From: an uncultured Poribacteria bacterium
Lineage (GTDB): Bacteria; Poribacteria; WGA-4E; PCPOR2b
DNA: 64,000 bases
Direction of reading: 5' to 3'
NCBI GenBank assembly: GCA_958296125.1
Contig: OY282444.1
Location: 4,633,266-4,697,265 of the forward strand
Below, piece by piece: positions 29,657 through 40,492 of the stretch. The notes beneath the pieces were generated by a model. The model worked only from the letters and a program-made list of their open reading frames with translations, was not told the DNA's origin and did not search any database. A program made the position numbers and the translations under genes. Position 1 is the stretch's first letter. Each line of letters begins with the position of its first letter.

Positions 29657-31153
29657 CTATCGTCTCCACAGCTCTGGGGCGAATAAAACTAAGACCGTAT
29701 ATAGCTCTAGGCGTCCTAATAACATACAAAAACAGAGGATAAATTTGCCGAGTGTGGGGATATGTGCGTAATTGTCAGTGGGACCAACAGATCCAAGACC
29801 GGGCCCTATATTCCCCATGGTTGCGATGGTAGCGGCAGCGGCACTGATCAGATCCAACCCCAGCACCGCCATGATACTGGTAACTATCGCGAAAACACCG
29901 ATGAAAAGGAAGAAAAAGCCGAGAATGTTTGTCATCACCTCTTGCGAAACAACCTGGTCGCCAAGTTTAACGGGGAGCACCGCGTGGGGCAATATGAGAC
30001 GCTTGATTTCGATATACCCCTGTTTGATCAGTAGCAGCAGACGGATGTGTTTCAGCCCGCCGCCTGTTGACCCTGCACATCCACCGAAAAACATCAGGGT
30101 GACCAAAATAAACTGCGATAGTGCGGGCCACTGCACAAAGTTGAAAGTCCCGTAGCCAGTCGTTGTGATGATTGATACAACCTGGAAAGAAGCGTAACGC
30201 AAAGCTGTTCCAAATGAGTCGAAAATAACCTGATCGTTGACCCTTGCGGTCATTGTGTTCCAAACAATCAGGCACACGCACAAAAACAGTATCAAGCCAT
30301 AAAAACGGAACTCCGAGTCTCTAACGTAGCTTTTGAAATCGCCGCGTAAGGCACGATAGTGGAGGGAAAAGTTCGTTCCGGCAAGGAACATAAAGATGGT
30401 AATAACAACATCGAAGTAGACACTGTTGTATTGACCGATACTCAAATTTTGAGTTGAAAAACCGCCGGTCGCCATCGTCCCGAAGGTGTGGCAAAGCGCA
30501 TCAAACCATGTCATCCCACCGAGCCAGAGCAGTAGCAGTTCGACAGCAGAGATAAGGACATAAACGCCCCAGAGCAGTTTTGCAGTCTGTGCGATGCGTG
30601 GTGTTAGGCGGTCTTTTTGGGGGCCCGGCACTTCCGCACGATAAAGCTGCATCCCCCCCACCCCTAACATCGGTAAGATTGCTAAAGCGAGCACAACAAT
30701 ACCCATGCCACCTAGCCAATGCGTCAGGCTGCGCCAAAACAGGATAGCATGGGTTAGATGCTCGATTTCATGGAGAACGGTCGCCCCCGTCGTCGTGAAG
30801 CCGGACATGGATTCAAAATAGCAGAATGCGAACTCAACCAGCCAACTTCTCCCGGCTTCCGCAAACACACGATTGAAAAGATACGGAAGCGATCCAAACA
30901 GTGCCGTAACTGTCCAGCCTAACGAGACAACTGCAAATCCTTCTTTGTTGCCAAGTCCTTGGCTCGATTTAGTCGTCAGCCGAAGTATCAATCCTACAAT
31001 GAGCGTGCAGCAAAACGATAAAATAAACGCTTGCAGGTCCGATTCGGCCTCCGCTGTTCTGCGGTAAAGCGCGATCAGCAACGGACACAGCATCGCCGCA
31101 GAAAGACAAATCAACAAATTACCGAGTGTATACAGAACTAATTTTAAATTCAC
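29657..31153 (-). CDS. trkH: Trk/Ktr-type potassium transporter membrane subunit (TrkH/KtrB family)
   Basis: Repeated selectivity-filter-like G-motifs (TTTGATV, GFSTQNL, TTTGYGT, GSTGGGLK). Polytopic membrane protein. Confidence 0.9.
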   Translation of the reverse strand: MNLKLVLYTLGNLLICLSAAMLCPLLIALYRRTAEAESDLQAFILSFCCTLIVGLILRLTTKSSQGLGNKEGFAVVSLGWTVTALFGSLPYLFNRVFAEAGRSWLVEFAFCYFESMSGFTTTGATVLHEIEHLTHAILFWRSLTHWLGGMGIVVLALAILPMLGVGGMQLYRAEVPGPQKDRLTPRIAQTAKLLWGVYVLISAVELLLLWLGGMTWFDALCHTFGTMATGGFSTQNLSIGQYNSVYFDVVITIFMFLAGTNFSLHYRALRGDFKSYVRDSEFRFYGLILFLCVCLIVWNTMTARVNDQVIFDSFGTALRYASFQVVSIITTTGYGTFNFVQWPALSQFILVTLMFFGGCAGSTGGGLKHIRLLLLIKQGYIEIKRLILPHAVLPVKLGDQVVSQEVMTNILGFFFLFIGVFAIVTSIMAVLGLDLISAAAATIATMGNIGPGLGSVGPTDNYAHIPTLGKFILCFCMLLGRLELYTVLVLFAPELWRR

Positions 31154-31169
31154 GACATCGTAGGATGGT

Positions 31170-32567
31170 TCATTTTATTTTCTGACCAAGGAAGTGCTTG
31201 ATCTTCGGTTCTACAAAGAGCTTTTCAACAACAGAAATAGAATCTGGCATGGTGAAGATAATCACGCGATCTCCCGCTTGGATCACGCTTTTTCCTGTCG
31301 GGATAAGGACCCGATTCTGTCGCACAATGGCACCTATCAATACGTCTTCAGGCAGCGTTCCGCGCAGGTGTTGAATCTCGTTATAGGTAATTTGCGAATT
31401 TGGCCCGGCGACAAGCTCAATCACCTCAGCATCAATTTCACGGAGTGATGCTGCTGAGATAATCTGGCCCCGGCGGACGAGACGGAGAATGTTGCTAACC
31501 GCTGTCAAATGACGACTTACGGCCGCGTCAAGTGTTGGAATATTTGCCAGAATCGGTAGGTAGCGCGGTTTTTGAACGAGGGCAAGCACACGAATCGCCC
31601 CATGCTGCTTGGCGGTTACGCAGGCCATCACATCATTTTCATCATCGCCGGTTACCGAAACAAATCCGTCTACCCCATCAACTCCAGCCTCTTCCAAGAA
31701 ACCGGGGTTAAGATAGTCGCCATGTAAAACAGTTGTTTTTCTCAGAATTATTGATGCAGCTGCAGCTCTCTCCCGATTGGCTTCAATGATTTTCACCTGC
31801 GTCCCGTTTTTCTCAAGTGCTTGTGCAAGGGATATTCCAATCCGTTGAGCACCGACGATAATGACACGATGGATTTTTTGATTGAATGAAACCCCCGAAA
31901 ACTCAAGCAGGTGCATAGTTGATTCACGGCTGCCGATGACAAAGACCTCATCCCCTTCGAGAATGAAGTCCTGACCCCTGGGCACGATTGTTGTGCCATC
32001 TTTCCGCTTAATTGCCGTAACACGCAAGTCGGAGGGGATGCCGTGATCTGCTAGACGGCTGAGGGATGTGCCTCGAAGTGGATTAGCGGGCTTCACCTGA
32101 AATGCGACTAACTGGACCTTGCCCTCTTCAAATTCGACGATTTCACGGGCATCCGGAATATTCAGTAGACGATAGAATTCTTCTGCACAAAGTTGTTCGG
32201 GATTAATCAGCAAATTAATCCCAATATCTTTCGGGGATAAATCCGTTTCGTTGGCGAAATAGTCAGGATTCGATACGCGCGCCACCTTCGTCTTAACACC
32301 ATGCCGGGTAGCAATCACGCACGCCAACATATTGATTTCATCGGAGTTTGTTACCGCCATCAGGAGGTCCGCTTCTTTAATTCCAGCTTCTACTAATAAG
32401 GTGGGTGAAGCCCCTGATCCTTCAAGGGTTATTAAATCTAGCTGCTCCTGAACATGCTGACAAGCCTCTTTCGATTGATCAATGAGGCTGACATCGTTAT
32501 TGTCTTCTACCAAGAGTTTTGCTGTATGAAATCCAACTTCTCCCGCTCCAATAATAATTGCTTTCAT
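31170..32567 (-). CDS. trkA: Trk system potassium uptake protein TrkA (two RCK/NAD-binding domains)
   Basis: MKAIIIGAGEVG and a second IIVGAQRIG Rossmann motif. Tandem RCK_N/RCK_C organisation. Confidence 0.9.
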   Translation of the reverse strand: MKAIIIGAGEVGFHTAKLLVEDNNDVSLIDQSKEACQHVQEQLDLITLEGSGASPTLLVEAGIKEADLLMAVTNSDEINMLACVIATRHGVKTKVARVSNPDYFANETDLSPKDIGINLLINPEQLCAEEFYRLLNIPDAREIVEFEEGKVQLVAFQVKPANPLRGTSLSRLADHGIPSDLRVTAIKRKDGTTIVPRGQDFILEGDEVFVIGSRESTMHLLEFSGVSFNQKIHRVIIVGAQRIGISLAQALEKNGTQVKIIEANRERAAAASIILRKTTVLHGDYLNPGFLEEAGVDGVDGFVSVTGDDENDVMACVTAKQHGAIRVLALVQKPRYLPILANIPTLDAAVSRHLTAVSNILRLVRRGQIISAASLREIDAEVIELVAGPNSQITYNEIQHLRGTLPEDVLIGAIVRQNRVLIPTGKSVIQAGDRVIIFTMPDSISVVEKLFVEPKIKHFLGQKIK

Positions 32568-32724
32568 GGGCTTATCCGCTTACCTGGAATATGATAGGTA
32601 TTAGATTATAGGGCTTACGCACTTTGCTTGCAAAGATTGCGTCTTACTGCGTATTTGGTTCCTATAGGCAATACGTGACGCACAATAGTAGTGATGAAAA
32701 CATATCAACCGCGTGATTCCTAAG

Positions 32725-35700
32725 CTAATACGAATCAATCGGTGGACAAGCGCAAATCAGGTTTCGGTCTCCCTGAACTTCGTTAATGCGTGCGACGGGG
32801 GGCCAATATTTCCGATCGCACGTCCACGGTGCAGGGAAAGCCGCTTTTTCTCGAGAATACTCGTGACCCCACTCGGTCTGCATGACTTGCGCTGCGGTAT
32901 GGGGCGCATTTTTGATGACGTTGTCCGAGCGATTGGCTTGGCCGTTCTCAATTTCGGCAATCTCTTTTCGGATCGAGATCATCGCTTCACAGAATCGATC
33001 TAGCTCACCCTTTGATTCGCTTTCAGTCGGTTCAATCATCATTGTTTCCATAACCGGAAACGATACGGTAGGTGCGTGGAAGCCGTAGTCCATTAGCCGT
33101 TTGGCTACATCCCCTGCCCCGATGCCAGCAGTTTTCTTGAAGTCACGGAGGTCAATGATACACTCGTGTGCGACAAGTCCCTTGCTTCCTTTGTAAAGGA
33201 CCGAATAATAGGGTGCTAAGCATTTGGTGACGTAGTTCGCGTTCAAAATTGCAGTTTCAGTTGCACGCTGGAGTCCCTCTACGCCCATCATTGCGATGTA
33301 CGCCCAAGAGATTGGAAGGATGCTCGGACTGCCCCAAGGTGCCGCTGAAACTGGATCAATCCCATCTTTCTCACCAATCGGCACGACCGGGTGGGTTGGA
33401 AGAAAGGGGACGAGGTGGGCCTTAACACCAATCGGTCCCATTCCAGGACCGCCCCCACCATGTGGAATACAGAAGGTTTTATGTAAATTCAGATGGCATA
33501 CATCGGGACCAAAATCCCCCGGACGACATAATCCCACCATTGCGTTCATATTCGCGCCATCCATGTAGACCTGGCCTCCGTGCTGATGAACGATTTCGCA
33601 AATCTCTCGAATCTTTTTCTCAAACACCCCATGGGTCGAAGGATAGGTAATCATCGCTGCAGCAAGTTCTTGGCTGTGCTGTTTTGCCTTTGCCCGAAGG
33701 TCCAGAAAGTCAACATTCCCTTCACCGTCACAATTGACCACTACCACCCGCATACCCACCATCACCGCGCTAGCAGGATTCGTGCCGTGGGCAGATTGTG
33801 GAATCAGGCAGACATCCCGATGCCTTTCACCACAGCGTTGATGGTATTTGCGGATGACCAGAAGCCCTGCATACTCTCCTTGCGATCCGGCATTGGGTTG
33901 CAAGGAGATACCGGGGAAACCTGTCAATTCCGACAACCATGTTTCAAATTGCCCAAAAAGGGTCTGGTATCCCTTTGTCCGTTCAAGGGGCGCAAACGGA
34001 TGAAGTTGACTGAACTCCGGCCAGGTAACGGCGAACATCTCAGCGGTAGCGTTTAACTTCATCGTGCAAGATCCAAGCGGAATCATCGATGTGGTTAGGG
34101 ATAAGTCTTTCTCCTGAAGCTTGTGGATATACCGCAGCATCTCTGTCTCAGAGTGGTAAGTATTGAAGACAGGGTGGGGGAGATAAGAACTTTCTCGTTG
34201 CAACGGCTCAGAGATTGCCGATTGTGCCTGAAGGATTAAATCTTCAATCTGAAAAGGAAGGGGCTTTCCTAACGTGAAGATATCAAGGAGATCCAGAACA
34301 TCCTGAATGGAGGTCGTCTCATCAAGTGAAAGCCCGATGCGGGAGCGGTCGAAAACTCTGAAGTCGATCTGATGTGTGCGGGCAATGGATAATAGGTCGT
34401 CGGGAGTAGGCGGATTCGCTGGTGATTGATTAGCCTCGATATTACGGAGGTAACTTGACTCCTTGAGCAAATCCAGATCAAGACTGAATGTATCAAAGTA
34501 ACATATATCATCAAGCACATACCCCACTCGCTTCAATCCTTCACGGAGGACACCTGTGAGCAGATGTATGCGCTCCGCAATTCGGCGAAGCCCTCCGGGG
34601 CCGTGATAGACTGCATACATGCTCGCCATCACTGCTAGGAGCACCTGTGCCGTGCAGATATTGCTCGTCGCTTGTTCTCTACGGATATGCTGTTCCCGCG
34701 TCTGGAGCGCGAGGCGAATTGCAGGTTGACCTTCTACATCCTGCGAAAGCCCCGCAATTCGCCCCGGCATCTTGCGCTTAAACTTCTCTCGCGTTGAAAG
34801 GAAAGCGGCGTGGGGGCCACCATATCCCATTGGCACCCCAAACCGTTGGGTAGATCCAACCGCAATATCAGCATCAAATTCGCCGGGTGGTCTCAAAAGC
34901 GTGAGGCTCAAAAGATCAGCGGCAACCACTAATAATCCGCCGGCATCATGAACCTTTTCAGCGAAATCGCTATAGTCATAAACCGCACCATCACTTGCCG
35001 GATATTGAACAAGGGCACCCAAAAAAGGTGCATCAAACACCGCAGTGCAATGGTCACCAATCAATAACTCAATCCCTAGTGGTTCTGCACGGGTCTTCAA
35101 GACTCCGATTGTCTGGGGATGACAAGTTTCCGAAACAAAAAAAGTCCTGCTAGCATCCCGCTTACTCACGGCGAGACACATTCCCATCGCCTCAGCCGCC
35201 GCCGTGCTTTCGTCCAGCAACGAAGCGTTGGTAATCGGCAGTCCGGTCAGGTCAATAATCATCGTTTGAAAGTTCAATAGGGCTTCAAGCCGCCCTTGTG
35301 CAATCTCCGCCTGATACGGGGTATATGCGGTATACCACCCAGGGTTTTCAAGAATGTTTCTCTGGATAACAGGCGGTGTCACACAGTTGTAATAACCCAT
35401 CCCGATAAAAGACCGAGAAACCTGATTCTGAGATGCGATCTGCCTCAAGTCTGCGAGCATCTCGGACTCTGTCCGGGGCTTATCGAGATTTAGAGGTTCA
35501 CGGTGACGGATGCTCGCCGGAACGGTGTCTTCAATCAGTTCATCGAGCGACGCATACCCGATTTTTTCTAGCATCAGCTTGATGTCTTCCGGACGAGGCC
35601 CGATATGGCGGTCAGCAAAAATGTCCGTGAAATTGAGGGGTTGAAGGGCTAAAAACTGTTTCGACTTATCTAGCATAGTATAACATAATATGGTATAATT

Positions 35701-35754
35701 GGGTTGTCTTTCGTGGGAGAGTAGCACACCGTCGCATGGCGATGTCTCCCACAA
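32725..35754 (-). CDS. gcvP: Glycine dehydrogenase (decarboxylating), glycine cleavage system P protein
   Basis: Full-length GcvP with the PLP-binding region (SxHKT-like [19 protein letters not shown]). The likely true start is the internal Met at about 35676 (MLDKSKQF). Confidence 0.95.
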   Translation of the reverse strand: MWETSPCDGVLLSHERQPNYTILCYTMLDKSKQFLALQPLNFTDIFADRHIGPRPEDIKLMLEKIGYASLDELIEDTVPASIRHREPLNLDKPRTESEMLADLRQIASQNQVSRSFIGMGYYNCVTPPVIQRNILENPGWYTAYTPYQAEIAQGRLEALLNFQTMIIDLTGLPITNASLLDESTAAAEAMGMCLAVSKRDASRTFFVSETCHPQTIGVLKTRAEPLGIELLIGDHCTAVFDAPFLGALVQYPASDGAVYDYSDFAEKVHDAGGLLVVAADLLSLTLLRPPGEFDADIAVGSTQRFGVPMGYGGPHAAFLSTREKFKRKMPGRIAGLSQDVEGQPAIRLALQTREQHIRREQATSNICTAQVLLAVMASMYAVYHGPGGLRRIAERIHLLTGVLREGLKRVGYVLDDICYFDTFSLDLDLLKESSYLRNIEANQSPANPPTPDDLLSIARTHQIDFRVFDRSRIGLSLDETTSIQDVLDLLDIFTLGKPLPFQIEDLILQAQSAISEPLQRESSYLPHPVFNTYHSETEMLRYIHKLQEKDLSLTTSMIPLGSCTMKLNATAEMFAVTWPEFSQLHPFAPLERTKGYQTLFGQFETWLSELTGFPGISLQPNAGSQGEYAGLLVIRKYHQRCGERHRDVCLIPQSAHGTNPASAVMVGMRVVVVNCDGEGNVDFLDLRAKAKQHSQELAAAMITYPSTHGVFEKKIREICEIVHQHGGQVYMDGANMNAMVGLCRPGDFGPDVCHLNLHKTFCIPHGGGGPGMGPIGVKAHLVPFLPTHPVVPIGEKDGIDPVSAAPWGSPSILPISWAYIAMMGVEGLQRATETAILNANYVTKCLAPYYSVLYKGSKGLVAHECIIDLRDFKKTAGIGAGDVAKRLMDYGFHAPTVSFPVMETMMIEPTESESKGELDRFCEAMISIRKEIAEIENGQANRSDNVIKNAPHTAAQVMQTEWGHEYSREKAAFPAPWTCDRKYWPPVARINEVQGDRNLICACPPIDSY

Positions 35755-35939
35755 CCGATGCTACAGGACATGAAAAATAGAAAGACTATCCCATGTTAAA
35801 AAAACACAAGATAGCCCTGAATCCCAATAAGGATTAAGCAAATTTATTGTCTCAGCATTGTGGATACGCCCGCGTTGCCTACAATTGCGCCCCAATAGAG
35901 AATATCATTGTGGTGTCTGCGGCTATCAAATAGACGGTT

Positions 35940-36332
35940 TTACCCATTTTCTTCTGCCTCGATCATTGCTTGGTATTCACTTGCAGACATGAGCCCCTCC
36001 AATTCGCTCGAATCGCTCATACGGATTCTAATCATCCAACCGGCATCGTAAGGAGCTTCGTTCACTAACTCCGGTGCATCTTCAAGTCCTTCATTGATTT
36101 CAACGACTGCGCCACTGACAGGGGCATAGAGATCGAATGCCGCTTTAACGGATTCAATGACACCAAACGCTTTGTGCTGCTCGATAATTGTACCCACCTC
36201 TGGTAGTTCGACGTAGACGACATCTTGGATTTCTGCCTGTGCGTAGTCGCTAACACCAACGTCAACGATGTCACCTTCACGTCTCGCCCATTCGTGGCTT
36301 TTCATGTACTTTAGATCTGCCGGAAACATCTG
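35940..36332 (-). CDS. gcvH: Glycine cleavage system H protein (lipoyl carrier)
   Basis: DLKYxxSHEWAR N-terminus. Lipoyl-lysine motif ESVKAA. Start reassigned to the Met at 36332 (the ORF track extends to 36410 and overlaps gcvT). Confidence 0.9.
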   Translation of the reverse strand, partial: QMFPADLKYMKSHEWARREGDIVDVGVSDYAQAEIQDVVYVELPEVGTIIEQHKAFGVIESVKAAFDLYAPVSGAVVEINEGLEDAPELVNEAPYDAGWMIRIRMSDSSELEGLMSASEYQAMIEAEENG

Positions 36333-36342
36333 ACTTCCTCTC

Positions 36343-37440
36343 CTAAATTGATGCCCGATAAAACGGCGTTTTGACCACCTTTGCGGGATGGCGTTTCCCA
36401 CGGATTTCAATCTCGATTTTGGTGTTAAGCTTGCTCATTTCGATTGGAAGATAGGCGAGGCCGATATTACATTTTAGGCTCGGTGACGGCGCACCACTCG
36501 TGATTTCCCCGATGCGCTGATCTTTACGATAAACCGCATGGTGCGCCCGCGCAATGCTGCGATCCAGCATCTGAAAACCCACTAAGCGGCGTTTAATCCC
36601 TTCGTCATTTTGCCGAACCAAAGCCTGCCGACCGATGAAACTCCCTTTGTTGAAGGCTATCGTCCATCGTAATCCGGCTTCCAGCGGCGTTGTCGTCTCG
36701 TCAATGTCGTTGCCGTACAAACACAATCGCGCCTCTAGTCGGAGGGTGTCCCTTGCGCCAAGTCCAATCGGTTTTCCACCGATGGCGTTTGTTACCTCAT
36801 AGAGAGCGTTCCATAAATCCACCCCGCACTCAGCTCCGACATAAAACTCAAAACCGATTTCCCCAGTATAACCTGTCCGTGAGATGATTGTTGGAATCCC
36901 AGCAACTTCCCCCGCCGTAAACCTGTAATAATCCAACGTTGTTAGATTGACCTCCGTCAGCGTTTGAAGGCACTGAGGGGCATTTTGCCCCTGCAGCGCA
37001 ACAAGGACAGTTTCGTCACTCCGGTTTTCGACCGCTACCCCCGCTTCACTGTGAGCGTGTATCCACTCCAAATCCTTTTCGATATTTGATGCGTTGACGA
37101 CAAGCATATATCGGTCGGCTGCGAAACGATAGAGGAGCAGATCATCGACAATTCCCCCCGTTTCTGTGCACATCGGCGTATAGAGCACCTGCCCATCGAC
37201 CATCTTGGCGGCATCGTTGGTAATCAGCTTTTGGATTAACGATAGGGATTTGGCACCTCGGATTTCGATTTCCCCCATGTGCGAGATGTCAAACAGCCCT
37301 AAGTTCGATCTGACGGTCAGGTGCTCGTCAATGATGCTGCTATACTGCACAGGCATCTCCCATCCGCCAAATTCAATCAGTCTGGCACTGAGTTGTTTAT
37401 GAACAGGATAGAGGGGGGTGCGATAAAGTTTTTCTGTCAC
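36343..37440 (-). CDS. gcvT: Aminomethyltransferase, glycine cleavage system T protein
   Basis: Canonical GcvT length and motifs (GGWEMPVQY, FDISHMG). Confidence 0.95.
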   Translation of the reverse strand: MTEKLYRTPLYPVHKQLSARLIEFGGWEMPVQYSSIIDEHLTVRSNLGLFDISHMGEIEIRGAKSLSLIQKLITNDAAKMVDGQVLYTPMCTETGGIVDDLLLYRFAADRYMLVVNASNIEKDLEWIHAHSEAGVAVENRSDETVLVALQGQNAPQCLQTLTEVNLTTLDYYRFTAGEVAGIPTIISRTGYTGEIGFEFYVGAECGVDLWNALYEVTNAIGGKPIGLGARDTLRLEARLCLYGNDIDETTTPLEAGLRWTIAFNKGSFIGRQALVRQNDEGIKRRLVGFQMLDRSIARAHHAVYRKDQRIGEITSGAPSPSLKCNIGLAYLPIEMSKLNTKIEIEIRGKRHPAKVVKTPFYRASI

Positions 37441-37448
37441 GTCTTATT

Positions 37449-38210
37449 TTACGCCAACCCATAAATCCGAGCCAAATTATCTCCAAAAATCAGTGCTTCG
37501 GCATCGTCTCCCAATTCGAGGCGACGAATAGCGTTGATAACTTGGATTGGACGATATTCAGGCGTATTCGATCCGAATACAATCTGCTCAGGTCCCAATT
37601 CGTCAACCGCTTTCTTCACTTCGGTGGGAACGACTTGGTCCGGATCGGTGCCCCAACGGCGATGAAAGCGGAGAATAGTTGTACCTAAAGAGATATTTTT
37701 GTTCGCTTTCGCAGCTTCGATTCCAGCGTCAAGGGCATCGGGAAATCCCATGTGATCCATGATGACAGGGGTTTCCGGAATCCAGCTTGCAACGTTTCCG
37801 ATGCGTGTGGGGTGGCAATTTGCGGGCCCCGAATGGATCGAAACGATTAGCCCATTATCTCGTGCCGCCTCAACAACCGGCTTGACAATCTCGTCATCAA
37901 CATTATATTTGTGAACAGCCGGCATCAGCTTGATTCCCTTCATCCCCCATTCGGTCGCGGCTTTGTGGACTTGTCCGACAGGATTAGCTTCGGTGGGGTG
38001 GATGAGCGCACAACCGAGGGCACGGGGGTTGTCCTTTATCGCCTCACCGAGCTCCTGATTGTTCGGCTCAGGTTGGGTGTTGGGCATAATGACAGCAACG
38101 TCCATGTTCGCCTCATCCTCAAGGGCTAACAGCTGGTCTAAATCCAGTTTTCCGTTCTCATCGCGGAACGAGTCGTTCAAATAGGCTTCAAAATCTCCTC
38201 GCATAGTCAA
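37449..38210 (-). CDS. Amidohydrolase-2-like TIM-barrel metal-dependent hydrolase (putative)
   Basis: Amidohydro_2-like motifs (SIHSGP, DHMGFP). 8 bp upstream of gcvT. The N-terminal HxH is not evident. Confidence 0.55.
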   Translation of the reverse strand: MTMRGDFEAYLNDSFRDENGKLDLDQLLALEDEANMDVAVIMPNTQPEPNNQELGEAIKDNPRALGCALIHPTEANPVGQVHKAATEWGMKGIKLMPAVHKYNVDDEIVKPVVEAARDNGLIVSIHSGPANCHPTRIGNVASWIPETPVIMDHMGFPDALDAGIEAAKANKNISLGTTILRFHRRWGTDPDQVVPTEVKKAVDELGPEQIVFGSNTPEYRPIQVINAIRRLELGDDAEALIFGDNLARIYGLA

Positions 38211-39124
38211 TCTCCTTTTGAGTGTAAGGTGGAAGGTGAGTACTTCTTTGTTTTTAACAAACTAGCCCAACGTTCTCGGCAATTAGGCAGGGCTTCACTG
38301 ATGAAACCTGTAAACCCAATCACATTGACATCCTCGGCAAATCGCATATTCTTGATTTCATCGCGCACAACGAGGTAAACGTTTTGTCCGTTAAGTCTTT
38401 TGACTTTGGATGTTGTAATATCCCTTTTGGCTTCCTCGTAGGTCTCGGTCACACAGAGATAAACGGTGCTTTGAGCGATGCTCAACTCCTCAAAGACCTG
38501 CTTGTATCGTTCTCGCAACGATCGCTTGATAGAGACAATAATACATTTTTTCCGATCACGTTCCCAGGCTTGATGACTCGGAAAGAGAAAATCAACCTGT
38601 CCATTCAAAATCTGTTGAGTTTCAAATTCACCGGTGTAGCCCGCATTTTCCATCAAGTGTTGCAGGTGATATTCTGCGCTACCACCGGCGCGAGTTTTAC
38701 GGCTCTGTTCAAAACTTTGCTCAACGCGTTGGTAGAGCGGACGCATTTTTGCCCACACCTCTGCTAACTTCTCAATATCACTCAGCGTCGCGCCTCGTAG
38801 CACCTGCAAAACACCTTCAATTGTGCTACGAACATTGGGAAAATCCACCCCAACCTCAGGATCAAATACCAGCTTAGACACCCCTTGAGTCATACATTGT
38901 TCTTCATATTTAAGGTATAATTGGTATTCTGTATCCATCAATTTACACAAGTAATCATTGAAGTTTAGTGTTACATCATCAACCGTCAATTCCATGTCCT
39001 TAAAGACTTGTTCCCATGCCTGCCTCGCTAATTGCCTACCTGTGGGGATAAATTCCCTTCGCGCACGGTTGACAAGACCGTTATTTCCCAGGAGTTCTGC
39101 CTTCAGATCATTAGTTAACATCAA
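38207..39124 (-). CDS. Putative type II restriction endonuclease (PD-(D/E)XK-like), partner of adjacent MTase
   Basis: Translationally coupled (14-bp overlap) downstream of the DNA MTase. Candidate catalytic core VDFLFP...IVSIKRS (D...SxK variant). AT-rich. No family-level identification is possible by eye. Confidence 0.5.
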   Translation of the reverse strand: MMLTNDLKAELLGNNGLVNRARREFIPTGRQLARQAWEQVFKDMELTVDDVTLNFNDYLCKLMDTEYQLYLKYEEQCMTQGVSKLVFDPEVGVDFPNVRSTIEGVLQVLRGATLSDIEKLAEVWAKMRPLYQRVEQSFEQSRKTRAGGSAEYHLQHLMENAGYTGEFETQQILNGQVDFLFPSHQAWERDRKKCIIVSIKRSLRERYKQVFEELSIAQSTVYLCVTETYEEAKRDITTSKVKRLNGQNVYLVVRDEIKNMRFAEDVNVIGFTGFISEALPNCRERWASLLKTKKYSPSTLHSKGD

Positions 39125-40469
39125 CCTTTAGTCCTTCCCCAATTTTCTTCAAGACCACAATGTGTTCTTGTGTAATTGTCTTACCTAAGTCACCGGGGAT
39201 ATTACTTGGGGAATTTTTGTGAGGCATTCTTTTGTTTGGGATGTTACGGTAGAACCGATCCACATACTCAAATCCACAACGTTCAGCAATTTCAATAAGG
39301 ATACGATCTGTGGGAATTGGAATACGCTTGACCGTTCGGTTCCCTACGACGAAACAAGCTTTTGCATCCAACTTACAGACTCGGCAAAGTTCATTCAGGC
39401 ATTGTGTAAAATCGTAATAGAAATTGGCAACATCTAAGGCTCGCTTTTCATCTTCCGTTGCAACCTGATTAAGAATTTTTCTCAGAGTGGGTGTTTGTGC
39501 AGCAGCCTCTAACGTTACAACCCGCCGCCCTCCGAGTAAACGACTGTCGATATTGCGGATATCTTCCCATGAGAGTCCCAGCCACTGTAGTGAAAGTCTG
39601 GAGAATTGCCCATAAGCAACGGTCGTTCTTGAATCCCCGTATGGCGGTGAAGTCACTACAAGATCAATGCTATTGGAAGGCACAGATGTTTGGTGGCGCG
39701 CATCTTCTGGCAAGATCTTAACCCATGCGCTGCCTTTTGCTTGCTGAGTCAGCTGTGTCATGCCTCGCAAATTCCGGGCAATCTTGCTGAAGAACATTAC
39801 ACCAACATCCGGGTTATGCTGCTCCAGCTTATCTTCTGGTATTCGGAAGAGTTTGAATTCACTGTTGCGTGTGTAGGATGCTTCGCGCACTGTTTCAGAA
39901 AACGGCACCCGGAAAAACTTACAGATAGCAGGGTCTTGAATCGCAAAGATTCGCTGGTGCAATGCAGACAACTGCCGACTTACACTTGGCTTAAACCAGT
40001 AATCCATGTTGAAAAAATTAGGGATCGGAGCAAACTCAGGATCTTTCCTAATCCGTTGACAATCTTGCTCAAAACCATCAAGAAGACATAATGCGTGGTG
40101 CTGAAGACGGGTAGTATCAAGCAAAGTTGTTTTGGCACGGGCAATCAGTAAAGCAAGTGGGTTGATATCAATGCCCCAAGCGTTTAAATTCGCCATGTGT
40201 GCTTCCACAAGCGTCGTACCCGAACCGCAAAATGGATCAAGGAGTGTCATTCCACATCGTCCAAACATGGAAATCAGTCGTCGTGCGACCTGCGGAATCA
40301 TCATGGCCGGGTAGGTGTGGAAGCAATGCGTTTCTGTTTTGGTATCGGCTGTCACATAATCCCAGTCTCCAGATTCAGACGAGCGATTTTCTGTTGCTCT
40401 CTTGATATAGGGCAGTGTTAATTGTTCACGAACTAACCCTAGTTGATCAGATCCCTCAATTTGATTCAT
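39111..40469 (-). CDS. DNA methyltransferase (N6-adenine/N4-cytosine class; SAM motif then SPPY motif)
   Basis: HTYPAMMIP...LLDPFCGSGTT (motif X/I) at about aa 60-85 and DLVVTSPPYGD (motif IV) at about aa 265. AT-rich. Confidence 0.85.
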   Translation of the reverse strand: MNQIEGSDQLGLVREQLTLPYIKRATENRSSESGDWDYVTADTKTETHCFHTYPAMMIPQVARRLISMFGRCGMTLLDPFCGSGTTLVEAHMANLNAWGIDINPLALLIARAKTTLLDTTRLQHHALCLLDGFEQDCQRIRKDPEFAPIPNFFNMDYWFKPSVSRQLSALHQRIFAIQDPAICKFFRVPFSETVREASYTRNSEFKLFRIPEDKLEQHNPDVGVMFFSKIARNLRGMTQLTQQAKGSAWVKILPEDARHQTSVPSNSIDLVVTSPPYGDSRTTVAYGQFSRLSLQWLGLSWEDIRNIDSRLLGGRRVVTLEAAAQTPTLRKILNQVATEDEKRALDVANFYYDFTQCLNELCRVCKLDAKACFVVGNRTVKRIPIPTDRILIEIAERCGFEYVDRFYRNIPNKRMPHKNSPSNIPGDLGKTITQEHIVVLKKIGEGLKVDVN

Positions 40470-40492
40470 ATTTCTTCATCCCCTCTAGGCTT

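Noticed and set aside
29762-30155. Plus-strand ORFs inside trkH
   Set aside because: Antisense to the TrkH gene, which has clear selectivity-filter motifs.
35641-35939. Possible glycine riboswitch upstream of gcvP, and palindrome gtgggaga...tctcccac at the gcvP 5' end
   Set aside because: The minus-strand sequence lacks the conserved GGAGAG...ACCGAAGGGGCAA...CUCUGGAGAG aptamer features. There is only a generic hairpin and the direct repeats CATTGTGG. It cannot be called without covariance-model scoring.
37441-37448. Expected glycine riboswitch upstream of gcvT
   Set aside because: Only 8 bp separate gcvT from the upstream amidohydrolase gene, so there is no room for an aptamer.
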